From assembly GCA_009693105.1 (NCBI GenBank), contig SHXV01000002.1:1-57743 (forward strand): a DNA stretch of 57,743 nt. Direction: 5' to 3'. Both the position numbers and the translations under genes were made by a program. A model generated the notes under the pieces. The model had not been told where the DNA came from and did not search any database. It saw only the letters and a list, made by a program, of their open reading frames with translations. The DNA is from Dehalococcoidia bacterium (GTDB taxonomy: Bacteria > Chloroflexota > Dehalococcoidia > SHXV01). This document shows, one piece after another, positions 31,256 through 39,992 of this stretch; within the stretch, counting starts at the first letter, position 1, and every line of letters starts with the position of its first letter.

Positions 31256-32458
31256 ATGACCCGGCTCTACGAGGTGATCTCGGCTGATGGCCACATAGAG
31301 GGGCCGTTTGAATGGAATAAGCGAATGCCGACGAAGCACAAGGGCGCCGCACCGCAGCTTGTACAGAGAGAAAGCGACGGTGCCTACACCTGGCGCGTCG
31401 ACTACGCGGGCGTAAACTCGGTGCAAACGGTGGGGGCGGGACTGTATAGCGGCCTGCGCTACGATGAATTCACGCCTAGCCGGGCGCGCTCGTACTGGAA
31501 TCCGGATGGGTCGCCCCGGCCCGGCACTTCAGCGGAGGATCCAGTCCAGCGCCTGAGGGAGCAGGACCTGGACGGCATTGACGCTGAGGTCTTGTTTTGG
31601 CCCGTGGGCATGAACATGGTGCATCAGCTGATCGGCAAGGACAATGATGCGTATAAGGCCGTGATCCGCATGTATACCGACTTCCTGGGGGAGTACTGCT
31701 CGGTGGCACCGGACCGCCTTATTGGAAGCCTCGTGCTTCCCCAGACCGGCATCGACGATGCCATAGCGGAGATTGAGCACGGGCGAAAGCTGGGTCTGCG
31801 CTCGGTGATCCTTCAGAATTGGCCGAATGGCAGCGGGTCGCCGGTGCCTGACGTCGACGACCGCTTCTGGGCCGCCGCCCAGGCCCTGGAGATGCGTATC
31901 TCGCCACACGGCACGTTCGGCAGCGGCGTGGTGCCGCCCCATGACGCCATCGTTACGCCGGAAAACTCGTTGTCCGGCCAGACCGTCATGGGAAAAGGTC
32001 CTCTCACCATGACCATTGCGCAGTTGATCTACCACGGCGTCTTCGACCGGTTCCCCGATCTCAAAATCTACTTCGCAGAGACCCAGGCTACCTGGCTTGC
32101 CGGGCACATGGACTACACCGATGAGTTCTACCAGCGCTACTACTCCTTCTTCGATATCAAGCTGAAGAAGCAGCCCAGCCAGTACATGCGGGACAATATG
32201 AAGTTCAGCTTCATCCATGACCGGCTGGCGATGAAGTTCCGCCACTACATAGGCGTTGACCTGCTGATGTGGGGCAGCGACTTCCCGCACAGCGTGGGCA
32301 CCTTCCCGGAGTCGAAGGTCATCTTGGAGGAACTGTTCGAGGGAGTCCCGGAAGCAGAAAAGCGGAAAGTCCTCGTCGACAACGTTTGCGAGTTCTTCGG
32401 TCTCGACGCGACCAGGCCGATAACGGAAACCCCGGGCGCGGCGGTCGCCGCGCGCTAA
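31256..32458 (+). CDS. Amidohydrolase_2 family protein (paralog B)
   Basis: It has VISADGHIEGP and LMWGSDFPHSVG. Its C-terminus TETPGAAVAAR and its 3' flank TAACCTCGACTG are identical to those of paralog A. Confidence 0.85.
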   Translation: MTRLYEVISADGHIEGPFEWNKRMPTKHKGAAPQLVQRESDGAYTWRVDYAGVNSVQTVGAGLYSGLRYDEFTPSRARSYWNPDGSPRPGTSAEDPVQRLREQDLDGIDAEVLFWPVGMNMVHQLIGKDNDAYKAVIRMYTDFLGEYCSVAPDRLIGSLVLPQTGIDDAIAEIEHGRKLGLRSVILQNWPNGSGSPVPDVDDRFWAAAQALEMRISPHGTFGSGVVPPHDAIVTPENSLSGQTVMGKGPLTMTIAQLIYHGVFDRFPDLKIYFAETQATWLAGHMDYTDEFYQRYYSFFDIKLKKQPSQYMRDNMKFSFIHDRLAMKFRHYIGVDLLMWGSDFPHSVGTFPESKVILEELFEGVPEAEKRKVLVDNVCEFFGLDATRPITETPGAAVAAR

Positions 32459-32474
32459 CCTCGACTGCCCGGGC

Positions 32475-32520
32475 GCGGTGACCACGAGGGTCAGGTATGG
32501 CCGTCCCTCGCGGTCACCGC
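32475..32520 (+). terminator. hairpin GCGGTGACCACGAGGG / CCCTCGCGGTCACCGC (one mismatch, 14-nt loop)
   Basis: Read directly 17 nt after the paralog B stop. It is positionally equivalent to 29005..29046 and carries compensatory base-pair changes relative to it. Confidence 0.5.
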
Positions 32521-32581
32521 ATCCACGACGCGTCTGGCTTCGCGGGCGTCCGCAAGATGCTGACTACGGCCAGCCTCGCAG

Positions 32582-33877
32582 CTAAACGATCCCATCGTTC
32601 TGGAGTTGGGTTACCTCATCCGCGCTCAAGCCAAGCAGCTCGCCGTAGACGTACATGTTGTGCTCTTTGTACAGCGGCGCTCCTCTCCGGGCCTTCGCTG
32701 GAGTCCGAGAGAGCTTTGGCGCATATGCCTCGTAGCCGTACGGTCCCAGCTCAGGATGATCGATGACCGGGTAGACCCCCCGCTCTCTCAATTGGGGATC
32801 GTATTCCACCCGGTCCTCCCCATTCTGCACCACGCCTGAGATGATACCAGCGCTCTGGCAACGGCTCATCACGTCATAGCGAGGGAGCGGCTCAGTCCAC
32901 GCCTGAATGATCGCATCGAGCTCGTCCTGATGCTCCACCCGAGCGGCATTCGAGGAAAACCGCTGGTCTCGGGCTAGCTCTGGGCGACCCATGAGATGAC
33001 ACAGTGCTCCCCACTGCTCCTCCGTCTCGCAGGCGATGAAACACCACCTATCCTGCCCAACGGCATCCTGCCCGGTGCAGCGGTACGTGTTGTGGGGAGC
33101 CAGCGGGGGGAAGATGCTGCGGTTCCCCGGAGGAAAGTCCGGCCGCCGCGTCTTTCGCCCATTCACATCGAAATCGAGGAAATACGGGCCGAGCATACTC
33201 ATCGCCCCCTCAATAATGCTGTAATCGACGAAGCTGCCCTCCCCCGTCCGCTTTGCGTGGTACAGCGCAGAGACCAGCGCCAGCGAGCCAAGAAAGCCGC
33301 CCTGCACGTCCATATAGGAAAATCCCCAGCCGGCCGATTCCGCTCCCGGTAGACCAGATGCGTATGTCAGTCCGCTGATCGCGGCGGCCGTTGGCCCATA
33401 ACTTCGATAGCCGCTCCACGCACCACTGTGTCCCCAGCCCGACAGGGAAACATAGATGAGGCGAGGGTTGATTTCCCTCATCCGCTCCCAGCCCAGCCCC
33501 CAGCTTTCCATGACGCCGGCGCTGAAGTTCTCTACGACGCAATCGCTTTTCGCGATCAGCCGTTCAGCCAGTTCCAACCCCTTGGGATGGCGCATGTTGA
33601 GCGTGGCGCCAAGCTTGTTGGCGTTGAGGTTATTGAATCCTCCCGACTGGTTGGGGCTCTCGCGTATAACCGGCCTGCCACTCCGGGCGCGGCGTCCCAA
33701 CATGCTGTTGCCCCGGGTTCCATCGAATTGGTCCACACGCTCGACCTTGATCACCTCAGCACCAAGATCGGCGAGAAGGCGGGGCGCCCACGGACCGACG
33801 ACCCACCAGGTGAAATCAACAACCCGAACACCGCTGAGAGGACCAGAGCCGTAGGTAGGTAAAGTTCCCGCTTCCAT
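32582..33877 (-). CDS. family III CoA-transferase (downstream member of a coupled pair)
   Basis: Motifs are LSGVRVVDFTWWVVGPWAPRLLADLGAEVIKVERV and a C-terminal APLYKEHNMYVYGELLGLSADEVTQLQNDGIV. The ATG overlaps the upstream stop as TAATG. Confidence 0.85.
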   Translation of the reverse strand: MEAGTLPTYGSGPLSGVRVVDFTWWVVGPWAPRLLADLGAEVIKVERVDQFDGTRGNSMLGRRARSGRPVIRESPNQSGGFNNLNANKLGATLNMRHPKGLELAERLIAKSDCVVENFSAGVMESWGLGWERMREINPRLIYVSLSGWGHSGAWSGYRSYGPTAAAISGLTYASGLPGAESAGWGFSYMDVQGGFLGSLALVSALYHAKRTGEGSFVDYSIIEGAMSMLGPYFLDFDVNGRKTRRPDFPPGNRSIFPPLAPHNTYRCTGQDAVGQDRWCFIACETEEQWGALCHLMGRPELARDQRFSSNAARVEHQDELDAIIQAWTEPLPRYDVMSRCQSAGIISGVVQNGEDRVEYDPQLRERGVYPVIDHPELGPYGYEAYAPKLSRTPAKARRGAPLYKEHNMYVYGELLGLSADEVTQLQNDGIV

Positions 33878-35124
33878 TAGATTGCCCCGCTTTCCTGGAG
33901 GCCCCGAATCGATGCCCCGTCCATTCCCAGGAGCTCCGAAAGCACGGATCGTGTGTGTTCGCCGAGGGCCGGCGCTGGTCCTCTCGGTTGAAACTGCGCA
34001 CCGTCGATCAGGTAAGGGCCACGAGGAAAGCGTACCGGCGCCTGAGCCCCAGGCTGGTCGATTGACGTGAAGAAGCCGCGCTCGTGCCAATGCGCATGAT
34101 CGTAGTTCTCCTCCGGCGACTGGATCACGGACCAGGTCAGCCCAAAGCCTTGCGCCCGGTGCATTGCCTCGTAGGAGGGGACCTTGGCGAGCAACCGGGC
34201 GTAGGCTTCCTGTATTTCAGTTCCCTCCCGCCAGCGGGTGGCTCGATAGACATCGTCCAGATACCTGGGGTCGGCCAGTTCGCCCTCCACGCCCTGCTCA
34301 ATCAGCCACTCCAGCACGTTGGCCCAGAGGTACGGGGTCAACTGCGTCGCGACGGTGTTGACCCAGCGTCCATCCGCTGCCCGGATGTTGAGGCGCCCCG
34401 CCGCTGGGCCAACGGCGCTGGCATGTTGGCCCGTATTTCGGTGAAGGACCTGACCGCTATAAATCCAAGCGGGAATGGCTCCCTCGGTACAAATAGACAT
34501 GCAGTCGTGGATGGAGCAATCGACGTATTGACCTATCCCACTTGTTAGCCGCTCGATTAGCGCGGAGACGATGGCATGCGCGCCGAGTGTCCCCGCGACG
34601 TTCCAGGGCTGGTGCCCCTGGCCGCCTATCGGCGTGACGGTGGGGTCGGAATACCCGGAACTCCCCATGGGTCCACCCAGCGCCATATGGGAGGTGTCGT
34701 TCGCCTTGAGGTCCCGCCACGGTCCGTTCTGACCGAAATCAGTCAGAGAAGCCTGTATGAGCTTGCCAGCCGTCCGTTGAGCCAACGTCTCGTAGTCAAG
34801 GTCCAGGGGAATGAGCGCATTCTTCAATTGGCTCTCCACGAAGATGTCTGCTGTCTCCACCAGTCGTCCCACCAGCTGAGCACCAGCGGGAGTCGTGATA
34901 TCGATCCGAATGCTCTCCTTGCCGGCGTTGTAGTACCAGTAGTCCAGACAGGCATTCGGATCCGGGCGATCGTGGACGAAGGGGCCGCAGTGCCGACCCG
35001 GGCTGCCTGACAGCGGCTCGACCTGGATCACGCGTGCGCCGCCGTCCGCCAGTAGCTTTCCAACGTACTGATTGCGGCGGTCCGCGAGTTCGATCACGAG
35101 AAGTCCATCGAAGAATCCAGACAT
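33877..35124 (-). CDS. family III CoA-transferase (upstream member of a coupled pair)
   Basis: Motifs are MSGFFDGLLVIELADRRNQYVGKLLADGGARVIQVEP and a C-terminal APALGEHTRSVLSELLGMDGASIRGLQESGAI. The ATG at 35124 is preceded by AGGAGG. The 223-codon upstream extension in the ORF track looks non-coding. Confidence 0.85.
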   Translation of the reverse strand: MSGFFDGLLVIELADRRNQYVGKLLADGGARVIQVEPLSGSPGRHCGPFVHDRPDPNACLDYWYYNAGKESIRIDITTPAGAQLVGRLVETADIFVESQLKNALIPLDLDYETLAQRTAGKLIQASLTDFGQNGPWRDLKANDTSHMALGGPMGSSGYSDPTVTPIGGQGHQPWNVAGTLGAHAIVSALIERLTSGIGQYVDCSIHDCMSICTEGAIPAWIYSGQVLHRNTGQHASAVGPAAGRLNIRAADGRWVNTVATQLTPYLWANVLEWLIEQGVEGELADPRYLDDVYRATRWREGTEIQEAYARLLAKVPSYEAMHRAQGFGLTWSVIQSPEENYDHAHWHERGFFTSIDQPGAQAPVRFPRGPYLIDGAQFQPRGPAPALGEHTRSVLSELLGMDGASIRGLQESGAI

Positions 35125-35554
35125 CTGTCCTCCTGCGGCTTCCGCCGACAATGCCACATCGGCTCGACGGCCTCCAAGAGTAGGTTGGAGCCAACGACGT
35201 GTCAAGGGCAGGGGCAGCACGTGTTTCGCGGCGTGCAGCCCGGTACAGGGGGTTCCCCAGACGTGACGAACAGGGACGTGATCACGAGGAAGTAGATCGG
35301 GACAAGCGATCGCCGCGAAGGGCTGAGCCAGGCGAAGGTCGTGTACCCTACGTCGAGAAAGAGGAAGCCCACCATGGAGATCTTGCCTCGGCCGAGCCGG
35401 TGGCCGAACCAGCCGATTCTGACCCGCGTCCTCAGCCCCAAGAAGCCAAACGCCGCGATGAAGAGGCTCCCCGTCGCCGGCCGTTGACGGCGCCCGCCAG
35501 CCCCACGGCATCGGCTCCATCGGGCTGGCGCGCGATCCCCACGGCATCGTCGCC

Positions 35555-36237
35555 TTGTCCGGCGTGGACTTCGCCGCCCGGCCGCGCACGATCACCGGCC
35601 TCGTCGGCCCCAACGGCGCCGGGAAAACAACACTGATCAACGTCCTCTCCGGCGTCGCCCGGGCGGGAAGCGGCGACATCTTCATCAATGGGCGGCGGGT
35701 AACCGGTGAGGGGCCGCGGCCCGTGCTCACCGCGGCGTTTCCCGCACCTTCCAGCGCCTTGAGCTGTTCCGCGACCTGACGGTCCGGGAGCACCTGGCGC
35801 TCGCACGACGCGCTGGGAGGAAGAAAGCTGGCCTGTGCAGCCTGCTGTCGGCCGGAGACGAAGGGGAGACGGATGACGTGGAACGATTGCTCGCGGAGTT
35901 CGGCCTGAATGGGGTGGCCGACCGGCCCGCGGGTTCGCTTCCTCTGGGGACGGGGCGCCTGGTAGAGGTCACCCGCGCGCTCGCCACGCGGCCACGCGTC
36001 CTCCTTTTGGACGAGCCGTCCTCCGGCCTAGACCAGGAGGGAACCGACGCTCTGGCGGGCGAAATTCCCCGCCTTCGCGATGAACGGGGCATTGCCCTTG
36101 TCCTTGTCGAGCACAATCTCGACCTTGTGCTCCGCCTCGCGGACGAGGGGTACGTACTGGATTTCGGCGAGGTGATCGCTCGCGGAACACCGGAGGAAGT
36201 GCGGGCCGATCCGGCGGTGCAGGCCGCCTACATGGGC
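35555..36237 (+). pseudogene. LivG-like branched-chain amino-acid ABC ATPase, frameshifted and with a degenerate N-terminus
   Basis: Walker A GLVGPNGAGKTTLINVLSG lies in ORF 35555..35779. After about 35706..35722 the homology (GVSRTFQRLELFRDLTVREHL, LPLGTGRLVEVTRAL, LLLDEPSSGL, VLVEHNL, ..AAYMG) continues in the frame of ORF 35878..37140. Confidence 0.7.
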
Positions 36238-36309
36238 AACCCGGCAGAGCCGTCACCTCCTGCTGTCGCGACCGCTGCGGGGTCACCGGAGCGCGCTCAA
36301 GACAACCGT

Positions 36310-37001
36310 CTCCCGCTCCTCCGCATCGAGGGGCTGGACGTGCGTTACGGCGCCGTGGCTGCGCTCTTCGAGCTCTCCCTCGATGTGCGGGAAGGTACGG
36401 CGGTGGCCGTCCTGGGGGCGAATGGCGCAGGTAAGACGACCACCGCCCGCGCCATCGCCGGCCTGGTCCCGCGGAGGAAAGGCCGCATCACCTTCGACGG
36501 CCACGACATCATGCGCTGGCCAGCGCATCGGATTGCCCGGCTCGGTGTAGGGGTGGTGCCGGAGGCCCGGGGAATCTTCCCGCGGCTATCCGTGGCGGAT
36601 AACTTGCGCCTCGGAACGCGCCTCGCTTCTAATCAAACGGCAGCGGTGGAGCGAGCGTTCGCCCTCCTTCCGGCGCTGGCGAACCGCAAGAGCCAGGTTG
36701 CGGGCACGCTCTCCGGTGGGGAGCAGCAGATGCTGGCGCTGGCGCGGGTGCTGGCGACGTCGCCGCGGCTCATCGGCGACGATGAGCCCTCCCTGGGGCT
36801 GGCGCCGCGGCTGGTCGAGGCGATCTTCGAAGCGCTGGCGGCGGCGCGGAATGCGGGCACGACGGTTATCCTCATCGAGCAGTTCGCCGACCGCGGGCTC
36901 CGTTTCGCCGATGAGGCGATCGTCCTCAGGCAGGCCGGGTGGCCTGGGGCGGGCCTGCCGACCGTGCCCCGGAGGAGCTACTTCGTCACTACATCGGCTA
37001 G
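36310..37001 (+). pseudogene. LivF-like ABC ATPase, fused in frame to the LivG remnant, no own start codon, C-terminal frameshift
   Basis: Motifs are LLRIEGLDVRYG, GANGAGKTTTARAIAG, LSGGEQQMLALARVL and VILIEQFA. After about 36928..36940 the expected C-terminus GRVAWGGPADRAPEELLRHYIG* is in another frame and ends at TAG 36999..37001. Confidence 0.7.
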
Positions 37002-37144
37002 CCAGTTCAGCCACCTTCACAGCGCTCGTGGTCAGGCCTGGGGCCGCAAAGATTCCGAAATGCTGCTCAGGCTGCTGCGGTCCAGCCGCAATGAGCGCAG
37101 GGAGCCCGTAGCCCGGCACGGGTCTGAGCGGCTAGGATGATGGA

Positions 37145-38677
37145 ATGGAGAGCAGAATCGGAAGGTTCCCATCGCTGGCGGCGTTCCTTCGCCAGTTCGA
37201 TCCCGCTCCCTGGCCCTGGCCAACATTCGCCACTGCGGTGTTCAGCTCCGTCGCGATATATGTCGGCGTCTTCCTTCGGGCGCTCCTCTGGCTGCCCGGC
37301 GCCGACCCGTCGACCGCGCTCCTCGGTCTGCCTGTCTTCTTCGGCTCCACGCCGCGTGGCCTTGCCGAATGGACGTTCATGGTCGGCGTTCTCTTCGCGC
37401 TGTGGTTCATCATGCTCAGAGCCGCCGCCGCCCTCTCGCCGAGCAAGCTCGGCATCATCGCCATCGTGCTTTCCAGCGCGGTATGCCACGCATCCCTGGT
37501 ATCGACGTTCCCGGTCACAAACTCCGACGTCCTGCATTACGTCGCAGATGCCAGGCTGATTTGGGAATACCGCGCAAACCCCCTCATCGTGCCCCCGACC
37601 ACCTTTGCCATCCCGGACCTCACGCCCAATACTTGGTGGTGGCAGGCATCGCCCTATGGCCCGCTCTGGCAGATCATTGGGCTGGGCACGCTGGCTGCCG
37701 GATTCAATCTCTTCTATACGAGCTTGATGGCGTTTAAGGCCATGGCCGTCCTCTTCTCGCTGGCGACCAGCCTTCTTATTTTCCTGACAACCCTCAGGTT
37801 GGCGCCGAAGCGTGCCATGTTTGCAGCGACGTTTTTCTCCCTTAACCCGCTTACCATCATGCTTGTCTCCATTGGCGGCCAGAACGAGGCTGCTATGATG
37901 TTCTTTGCCACCATGGGCTACTTTTTCCTGATAAGGCGGCAATGGTTATGGGCACCGACAATGTTAGTCTGCGCAGCGCTGATCAAGCTCTCCGCCCTTC
38001 TCTTCCTGCCCGTCGCTATGCTCTATCTCATCCGAAAGGCTGGCCTGGTCCGGGCGTTGGGGGGCCTGGCACTCGCGTTCGTCACAGCGATACTTCTCTA
38101 TGCACCGTTCTTTGAAGGCGCCGATACCTTCGCCGTCATCCGCTGGCAGTCTCGCCAGTTCACGACTTCCCTTGCCGCCCTGATGGTGCTCTATCTCAGA
38201 GATGAGCTCGGCGCGGAGTCCGCCATGGATCTGGCCCGTACGGTTTCCGCAGGTTTATTCCTCACTGCGGCGGCCGTAATCGTGGCGGTGTGGTGGCGCC
38301 GCCGTTCGGACGCATTCTTAGCAGCTATCGCCTACCTTGTCCTTGCCTACTCCTTCATTGGGGTGGCCTGGTGGCAGCCGTGGTACCTGCTCTGGCTCAT
38401 CGTTCCGGTCGCGATGACCTCGGGCCATCGGCCGCTGATGCTCATAACCATCGTGTTCTGCTGGTCGGCCATGATGACCTATTCCCTCGCCTACGGATGG
38501 GCGCTGTGGTGGCCCGATGCCGGGGTGGAGGCAGAGGCCAGGGTGCAAACGATCCAGGTGCTCACGGTATTTTTGCCGCCATTTCTTGTATTGTTAGGGG
38601 TGTTCACGATGCGGCTTTCGCGCCGAGCCATCGGCCCCAGCGGCGCCCCCGTCTCTGAGCGGGACGCCGGACTGTGA
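37145..38677 (+). CDS. polytopic membrane protein, GT-C-fold glycosyltransferase-like (GT87/DUF2029-like)
   Basis: It has more than 10 predicted TM segments. The N-terminal loop carries DVLHYVADARL and SPYGPLW, which resembles polyprenyl-phosphate-sugar-dependent mannosyltransferases. The start codon is uncertain. Confidence 0.6.
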   Translation: MESRIGRFPSLAAFLRQFDPAPWPWPTFATAVFSSVAIYVGVFLRALLWLPGADPSTALLGLPVFFGSTPRGLAEWTFMVGVLFALWFIMLRAAAALSPSKLGIIAIVLSSAVCHASLVSTFPVTNSDVLHYVADARLIWEYRANPLIVPPTTFAIPDLTPNTWWWQASPYGPLWQIIGLGTLAAGFNLFYTSLMAFKAMAVLFSLATSLLIFLTTLRLAPKRAMFAATFFSLNPLTIMLVSIGGQNEAAMMFFATMGYFFLIRRQWLWAPTMLVCAALIKLSALLFLPVAMLYLIRKAGLVRALGGLALAFVTAILLYAPFFEGADTFAVIRWQSRQFTTSLAALMVLYLRDELGAESAMDLARTVSAGLFLTAAAVIVAVWWRRRSDAFLAAIAYLVLAYSFIGVAWWQPWYLLWLIVPVAMTSGHRPLMLITIVFCWSAMMTYSLAYGWALWWPDAGVEAEARVQTIQVLTVFLPPFLVLLGVFTMRLSRRAIGPSGAPVSERDAGL

Positions 38678-38702
38678 TCAGAATCAGGCGGGTGGTGTAG
38701 CG

Positions 38703-39464
38703 TTGGAAAGCGGTCTCCTCGACCAATTCTTCGAGATTGAGGACTCGCACTGGTGGTTCGTGGCCAGGCAACGGATCGTACTCGATCAATTTGTGCGGGC
38801 AACGAACGGTGCACCCCCGTCCCGTTCGGCCGGCGAGCGCCGGATACTTGACGTCGGGTGTGGCACCGGTGCGATGCTTGCGCGCTTGACCGATTTTGGC
38901 GAGGCGATTGGCATCGATTCCTCCCCGGAGGCCGCCACGTACTGTCGGAGACGTAATGTGCAGATGGCCTTAGCCTCGGCCATCGCCTTACCGTTCCCGG
39001 ACGAATCTTTTGACTCCGTATTCGTCCTGGACGTGCTGGAGCACGTTCAGGACGACGTCGCCATGCTGCGTGAAATCCATCGTACACTGCGGCCGGGTGG
39101 AACCCTGGTCATGACGGTGCCGGCCTTGCCCTGGCTCTGGAGCAGCCATGACGACGTCAATCACCATCAACGCCGTTACATGAAGGGAGCGCTGGACCAG
39201 GCTTTGCGGTCTGCCGCTCTTGAGCCGGTGAAGACAAGCTATTACAACTCTTTCCTCCTCCCGCTTGCCGCTGCCAGAAAGCTCATGCACCGCTTCAATG
39301 GCACGGGCGATCACCTGGATCGACTGCCTCGGCTGGCTAATGCGGCGCTCCGTCAGGTGTTTGCCGCGGAGCGCCCGCTACTCAGGCGAATCGATTTCCC
39401 GTTGGGCGCCTCGTTAATCTCGATTTCTCGGAAGTCCCCGGGGAAGGGAAGTGAGCGTGACTAG
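38703..39464 (+). CDS. class I SAM-dependent methyltransferase
   Basis: Motifs are ILDVGCGTGAM (motif I), LPFPDESFDSVFVLDVLEHV and LRPGGTLVMTVPA, with an N-terminal HWWF segment. Confidence 0.85.
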   Translation: MESGLLDQFFEIEDSHWWFVARQRIVLDQFVRATNGAPPSRSAGERRILDVGCGTGAMLARLTDFGEAIGIDSSPEAATYCRRRNVQMALASAIALPFPDESFDSVFVLDVLEHVQDDVAMLREIHRTLRPGGTLVMTVPALPWLWSSHDDVNHHQRRYMKGALDQALRSAALEPVKTSYYNSFLLPLAAARKLMHRFNGTGDHLDRLPRLANAALRQVFAAERPLLRRIDFPLGASLISISRKSPGKGSERD

Positions 39465-39975
39465 GGCGCTACTGAAACTCCTGGCCGCCGGGCTATTTAT
39501 CGCTTTGACGGCGGCTGGTTCGTGGCTTCTCTCCAGCTATATCCAGGGGTTCGACGTGGTCAGCCGGCGGATGGTACGTGAGGCGGAAGCGCGGACGGGG
39601 CACGCAGTATTCGTCCCGGATGTGCCGGATGGCTATTCGCGCACGGGGGGGATCCACGTCGATCCGCCCGACTCCCCCGGCCAGGCCGCACGTGTCGTGC
39701 AGATATGGGAGTCCCGCAGCGCACTCGGCATTTACTTCGTTCTCACTCAGGGAGCGGAACAATCCAGGCCGGCGGACGGAGAGCCCGTCATGATCCACGG
39801 CTTCGTGGGACAACGGTTAGTCATTGAAGCAACCAAGCCGAACACCGTGGACACCCTGATGCTCTTCTGGCGCCAGGGTGTCCTGACGTACACGATCAAC
39901 GGGGTTTTGAGCCCGACGGCGGAAGCGGCGATGATGGATTTGGCAGCGTTTCTCCAGGCGCAGGCCAGGCCATAG
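39451..39975 (+). CDS. membrane-anchored hypothetical protein (single N-terminal TM)
   Basis: It overlaps the methyltransferase stop by 14 nt. It has the N-terminal helix LLKLLAAGLFIALTAAGSWLL followed by a soluble ~140-aa domain with no motif I can name confidently. Confidence 0.55.
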   Translation: MSVTRALLKLLAAGLFIALTAAGSWLLSSYIQGFDVVSRRMVREAEARTGHAVFVPDVPDGYSRTGGIHVDPPDSPGQAARVVQIWESRSALGIYFVLTQGAEQSRPADGEPVMIHGFVGQRLVIEATKPNTVDTLMLFWRQGVLTYTINGVLSPTAEAAMMDLAAFLQAQARP

Positions 39976-39992
39976 AACCGGCGCCCTCCGAC

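Noticed and set aside
35125-35793. A 223-codon N-terminal extension of the CoA-transferase ORF (track ORF 33877..35793).
   Set aside because: The extension is Arg/Pro/Gly-rich with no homology. A canonical AGGAGG plus ATG lies at 35124, exactly where family III CoA-transferases begin (MSGFFDGLLVIEL). The region also overlaps the LivG remnant on the other strand.
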